Below, one piece after another: positions 59,442-64,000 of a DNA stretch of 64,000 bases. A program made the position numbers and the translations under genes. The notes beneath the pieces are model-generated. The model was given only the letters and a program-made list of their open reading frames with translations, was not told the origin of the DNA and searched no databases. Numbering within the stretch: the stretch's first letter is position 1; each line of letters opens with the position of its first letter. The stretch comes from a virus (lineage: Duplodnaviria; Caudoviricetes): positions 64,001 through 128,000 of the IMG/VR virus record IMGVR_UViG_3300029305_003510; one strand, written 5' to 3'.

Positions 59442-60086
59442 ATGAGCAAGAAAAAGAAGAACAAGAAGAATTCTTGGAAGTATTTCGATGGGGGATACGA
59501 CAAGAAGAAGTCTGGCAAGAAGGGCAAGAAGAATAAGCGTTCCGTTTATGATAAGCCCAAGATGAAGACCGTTAAGCCGACTCTGTCCAAGAAGGACGCA
59601 AAGGCTAATAAGAAGGTCGTTCTGTCTCCTGTGGAAGTCCCCAAGGAGTTCAGAAAGAATCGCCTGAAGTGCAACCATGCTGTGCGCATGATTACCCCTG
59701 AGGCATACCGCAACATGACTCCTACCTATGCGGCTTACACTCCGGCGCTGGAGCGTGTGGTCGAGAAGTATGGTGAGGATCATGTCCATGTCTGCAAGGA
59801 CTGCTATGATGTTCTGGTTGATCGCAATCTGATCACTTCCGATGAAGTCTATGATGCCATGACCACTCTGTATGTGGCTTGCAATGTTGCTGTTGCCAAT
59901 AAGCGTCTGAAGGAAGATGAGGTTAAGGCTATTGCAAAGCTGAAAGATGTCGTCGAAGACTTCCGTCCTGTTCTGGACATCCTGGAGAAGATCGAAGAGG
60001 AAGGAACTGAGTCTGCTCAGCCTACCAATACCGCGAGCCTGAATGCCAATAGCGGCGCTGTATTTGTAGATCCCAGTGATGACTGA
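59442..60086 (+). CDS. Protein with lysine-rich N-terminus and Zn-binding motifs
   Basis: AAGGAGG RBS; MSKKKKNKK...; KCNH and VCKDC; biased codons. Confidence 0.8.
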   Translation: MSKKKKNKKNSWKYFDGGYDKKKSGKKGKKNKRSVYDKPKMKTVKPTLSKKDAKANKKVVLSPVEVPKEFRKNRLKCNHAVRMITPEAYRNMTPTYAAYTPALERVVEKYGEDHVHVCKDCYDVLVDRNLITSDEVYDAMTTLYVACNVAVANKRLKEDEVKAIAKLKDVVEDFRPVLDILEKIEEEGTESAQPTNTASLNANSGAVFVDPSDD

Positions 60087-60329
60087 TAATAGTCACTCAG
60101 TGCTACAATAAAGAGGGACGAGCGGGTATAATCCCGCTCGTTTCTTTTTCTTTTATTTTTGTATATGTTAAGTAGCGAGTAGGTATTCGCATATTACTTA
60201 TAATTTGATTGTGTTACAAACACAGTTATACAAATGAGCCGAAGAATCCGGTTTATTGACTGTATCTCTCGGAATATATATTATAGTATAGAGAAAAGAA
60301 AAGAAATTTCGAGAGGATGTGAATTATAG

Positions 60330-61178
60330 ATGAGCAAAAGAGTTATTAGAAAGTTTGATCCTAAAAAGATAAAGGGTGAAAGATGGGGCAAACTAGAAGT
60401 TGTTCGATTTGATCATGATGAGATCAAGCATGGAAAATACGGCAAATATAAAGTGCATTATGTATTGTTCCATTGCGAGTGTGGAAAAGAAAAGATACTC
60501 GATTATTATTCAGTCGCATCAAATACCAGAGGTGCGGTGAGAAGTTGTGGGTGTGCGTATTATGATAAAATGAAAGATGTGCGTAAATATCCAGATAGTA
60601 TGCGAAATTCACCACTCTATAATGTATACCATAATATGGTACATCGGTGTTATGATATTAAAGACAAAGATTATCATAAATATGGTGCGCGTGGTATTTA
60701 TGTGTGTGATGACTGGATAAAACCTGACAAAGTTCAAGGTTATATGAACTTTTATAATTGGGCGATTAATAGTGGATATGCCGGATATGAACCCGGTACG
60801 CCACGTAAAAATAGACCTACGTTAGATCGTATTGACAATAATGGTCCGTATGCTCCGTGGAATTGTAGATGGACTACCTATATAGAGCAAGCTAATAATA
60901 GACGGAGTGCAAGATATATAACAGATCTTGATGGTGAAGTTCTTACTTGGGCAGAATTCGATAGGAAGCATAATCTTCCATATAGAACCACAAAACAGCG
61001 AAAGCATCTGTATAAAGGTCAATGTTGGTCCGATGATGCTGTACTATATGCATCATATTACCAAGATAGAGGAATTCGCAAGAAGGTACGTACTGGTGAA
61101 TTTATTGATAAAGATGGATTCAAAGTATTAATACCTACAAAAGAAACTTTAAGGAGGATTTTAAAGTATGGCTCGTGA
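60330..61178 (+). CDS. Free-standing HNH-type homing endonuclease
   Basis: HCECG, RSCGC, MVHRCY, YGARGIYVCDDW, TLDRIDNNGPYAPWNCRW. Confidence 0.88.
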   Translation: MSKRVIRKFDPKKIKGERWGKLEVVRFDHDEIKHGKYGKYKVHYVLFHCECGKEKILDYYSVASNTRGAVRSCGCAYYDKMKDVRKYPDSMRNSPLYNVYHNMVHRCYDIKDKDYHKYGARGIYVCDDWIKPDKVQGYMNFYNWAINSGYAGYEPGTPRKNRPTLDRIDNNGPYAPWNCRWTTYIEQANNRRSARYITDLDGEVLTWAEFDRKHNLPYRTTKQRKHLYKGQCWSDDAVLYASYYQDRGIRKKVRTGEFIDKDGFKVLIPTKETLRRILKYGS

Positions 61179-63537
61179 ATATACAGCAAAAGATATTCAG
61201 AGTATTAAAGACGATAGAGAAAGGGTGAGACTTAGGCCGACCATATATGTACCTTCAACGTATAAAGATGGCGCTATACACATCATTTTCGAGATTGTCG
61301 ATAACTCAATTGATGAACTTTCTATTAAAGATTCGGTCGGATCTCATCTTAATTTGACATTTGATACTAAGACTCGAGAAGTTGTTATTATTGATGATGG
61401 TCGTGGTATTCCGCATGAATCTTTGCTCGATGCATGTACAGTGCTTAATACTTCTGGCAAATTCGATAACAGTGAAACTTCTGCATACACTTATAGTGGT
61501 GGTATCAATGGATGTGGTCAGAAGTGTGCAGTTTTTCTGTCCAAATACTGTGAAGTCACCTCAATGCGTGATGGTAAAATGTTGACTTATGTATTTGAGG
61601 ATGGCTATCTCAAAGACACTATTAAGGGTAAGTCTAAAGAACATGGTACAATCAATAAGTTTACTATCGATAATAAACTGATCGAAGTAAATGATGTTAC
61701 GCCCGACGACATCCGCAATCGTCTTATCGAAAAGAGCTATTGCTTCCCTGATATTCACATGACCTTTACAGTCCTGGAGAATGGTAAGGAGATTAAGACC
61801 TATACCTATTACGGCAATACTCTTCAGGATCTGGCTAAGAAAATGAAGCCGGATACTGATATTGTACAAGTATCTGATACCAGAAAGGTTAAGACTCTTC
61901 GCAATATTACCGATGATGATATCAGTGAAGTAAAGGTTATCGTGGATGCATCGCTGGCATATAGTGAGAAAGCTCTTGACATGGATACAGATGCGATGAT
62001 CATCAGCTATGCTAACTCCATTAAAACCTATGATGGTGGACAACACGTTGAAGGTTTGAAGCTTGGTGTGATCAAATACTTCCGTGAGGTTGTAATTCCC
62101 AAGTCTTCTAAGAGAGACAAGGACCTTCCGATTATGCCAAGTGATATCACATCTGGTCTCTGTGGTGTTGTGAGTGTTAAAATCTCTAAACCGGAATTCT
62201 CCGCACAACATAAGGCACGTCTTATGAACCAGGAAGTCAAGTTTGCAGTGCGTGATGCAGTATTTGATGCGCTTTGTGATCAGAAGGGTTCTGTCACAAA
62301 TGCTATGGCGGATTTTGTTCGCAGAGTTACTCGAGGTCGTATTGCATCTAAAAAGGTTCGTAAGAAAGATGTGGATAATGCTTTCTCCACGGATCGTCCA
62401 GATAAGTATGATCCGATCATTTATAATATGAAAACCATTTCACCAGAGGTGGTTCTTGTAGAGGGTGATTCGGCGGCTGGTCTTGCTTCATCTGCGCGTG
62501 ACCCATATAACCAGGCAATCTATCCTGTGAAAAAGCCGAAGAATATTTATGACGCTAATTCTGAGTCCATTATGCATGGAGCGCGTTCTGTGTTCAATGA
62601 TCTGATGGATATCTGTGGCATCGAACCTGGTAAGAAGTGTGATCCCAGTAAGTCTACTATGCGTCATATTCTGATGCTGACCGATGGTGATGTAGATGGT
62701 GACGGTATTGCAATCAGTGTTATCTGTCTGCTGGCCAAGCACTGTAGGCCGTTGATCGATGCTGGTATGGTTGGACGAATTCTACCTCCGGCATATTCCT
62801 TTCCGACTGAAAAGGGTAAGAAGAAGTTCGTCCGTTCCAAGAGAGAGTTCTTTGATCTTATCATGAAGAAGTTCGTTAAGGAGGTAACATTAACTGTTGG
62901 TGGAAAGAATCTCACAGGGGATAAACTGTATAATTTTCTGGAGGCTAACTTCAATTATGATCAGAAGCTGGAAAAGCTTGCCAACCGGTATTGCTGTGAA
63001 CCTAAGCTGATGGAATATATCGCTTGGAAATATCATGGTAATAATAAAGATCAGAAGAGATCCTACTGGCAACAGGCATTAAAACAGTATCCCGAATTCA
63101 AGATTCTCATTGAAGACGGAGTTGTTGTTATAGACGGCGATCTTCCTGGATTTGATTATATCAATTTGGCATTTGATGAGAACTTTGATCGACATCTCCG
63201 CAAGTTCAAAGACATCCAGTCTGAGAATAGTCAGATCTATGGTTATTCGGTGAATGGTAAAGATGGATACACTCTATATGAAGTGATGCATCTGTTCCGT
63301 AAGTATATGCCGAATGGCGTCAAGAGATTCAAAGGTCTCGGCGAGCTTGAGAGCAAAGATCTGCGTGAACTTTGTATGGATCAGGAGAAGAGAACCGTTG
63401 TTATCTTCAAGTTCAAAGATTTTGAGAAAGATATGTCTAAGATCGATGTTATCATGTCTACTAAGGCAGAAGCAGCCGAAGCAAGATCTCGATTGTTAAT
63501 GTCACTCAAAATTGATGAAATGGATCTTGACACCTAA
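61168..63537 (+). CDS. gyrB: Type IIA topoisomerase / DNA gyrase B subunit
   Basis: VRLRPTIYV, EIVDNSIDE, DDGRGIP, SGKF, VEGDSAAG, TDGDVDG, RFKGLGE. Confidence 0.92.
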   Translation: MAREYTAKDIQSIKDDRERVRLRPTIYVPSTYKDGAIHIIFEIVDNSIDELSIKDSVGSHLNLTFDTKTREVVIIDDGRGIPHESLLDACTVLNTSGKFDNSETSAYTYSGGINGCGQKCAVFLSKYCEVTSMRDGKMLTYVFEDGYLKDTIKGKSKEHGTINKFTIDNKLIEVNDVTPDDIRNRLIEKSYCFPDIHMTFTVLENGKEIKTYTYYGNTLQDLAKKMKPDTDIVQVSDTRKVKTLRNITDDDISEVKVIVDASLAYSEKALDMDTDAMIISYANSIKTYDGGQHVEGLKLGVIKYFREVVIPKSSKRDKDLPIMPSDITSGLCGVVSVKISKPEFSAQHKARLMNQEVKFAVRDAVFDALCDQKGSVTNAMADFVRRVTRGRIASKKVRKKDVDNAFSTDRPDKYDPIIYNMKTISPEVVLVEGDSAAGLASSARDPYNQAIYPVKKPKNIYDANSESIMHGARSVFNDLMDICGIEPGKKCDPSKSTMRHILMLTDGDVDGDGIAISVICLLAKHCRPLIDAGMVGRILPPAYSFPTEKGKKKFVRSKREFFDLIMKKFVKEVTLTVGGKNLTGDKLYNFLEANFNYDQKLEKLANRYCCEPKLMEYIAWKYHGNNKDQKRSYWQQALKQYPEFKILIEDGVVVIDGDLPGFDYINLAFDENFDRHLRKFKDIQSENSQIYGYSVNGKDGYTLYEVMHLFRKYMPNGVKRFKGLGELESKDLRELCMDQEKRTVVIFKFKDFEKDMSKIDVIMSTKAEAAEARSRLLMSLKIDEMDLDT

Positions 63538-63549
63538 AGGAGAAAGAAA

Positions 63550-64000
63550 ATGTCTACTGAACCGTTGTATGAATTATCTGGTATGTCTCAGCAAGAATTT
63601 CAGTATCGGATAGCTGAAGGAATCGCATCGACAGAACCGAAATATGATCCTGACGCTTATGAAGAATATCTTAAGCTTGCTGTACCTGGATATAGAGACA
63701 AATTTATGGAAGACTACCAACCCGGTTCAAGATATGTAGGAGATGCACCAGTGCGTATGGATGTTATCAACTTTATTGCAGATATGCTATATAATACTGG
63801 TGCAGATCCAATTTCAGTTCATAGGCTCTTCAAGTGTGGATACTGTTATCATTTTGCAGTAATTCTTGAACATGAGTTTGGCGGGCGAATCTATTGGGTT
63901 AGAAACTGTGGCCACATGGTATGGGTTGATGAGAACAATCTTGCTTATGACATTGAAGGTTACAGAAACGATTTAGATATTGATGAACATCTAGCCACTA
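63550..64000 (+). CDS. Hypothetical protein (partial) with possible Cys-His-Asp triad
   Basis: AAGGAG RBS; FKCGYCYHFA...GHMV...YDIEG; open to the window end. Confidence 0.65.
   Translation, partial: MSTEPLYELSGMSQQEFQYRIAEGIASTEPKYDPDAYEEYLKLAVPGYRDKFMEDYQPGSRYVGDAPVRMDVINFIADMLYNTGADPISVHRLFKCGYCYHFAVILEHEFGGRIYWVRNCGHMVWVDENNLAYDIEGYRNDLDIDEHLAT

Noticed and set aside
1-64000. Genome-wide stop-codon reassignment
   Set aside because: Conserved genes are full length in the standard code and end in TAA, TAG or TGA; the interruptions are explained by introns, apart from the single TGA at 24750-24752.

Overview
This window looks like part of a jumbo-phage genome. It reads in the standard genetic code and carries phage-type split multisubunit RNA polymerase genes of the phiKZ/AR9 kind. 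Strong GGAGG ribosome-binding sites, class III RNR and a Firmicutes-type holin suggest an anaerobic Firmicute host. Transcription and replication genes: RNAP beta-like and beta'-C-terminal subunits, DnaB-like and Dda/RecD-like helicases, SbcD/Mre11 nuclease, RNase H, a PD-(D/E)xK nuclease, a GyrB-type subunit and a short polymerase-like protein. Nucleotide and other metabolism: nrdD/nrdG, thyA, folA, folD, dCMP deaminase and IF-1. Virion and lysis genes: tail, baseplate, PAAR and holin-like genes. Two group I introns with homing endonucleases interrupt a class III RNR that is itself split into two genes. The most striking unexplained signal is a short peptide tag, about D-x-D-G-F-x-x-L-x-(P/R), at the N- or C-terminus of 6-9 unrelated, mostly DNA-acting proteins, including an intron-encoded endonuclease; it is a candidate targeting or docking signal. 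Other notable signals are an ~850-nt highly structured non-coding RNA at 31.4-32.3 kb, an AACA-N6-TA promoter class upstream of virion genes, a free-standing degenerate Hint domain, a MazF-like fusion, and several small structured intergenic elements. All calls come from reading motifs by eye; no database searches were run.
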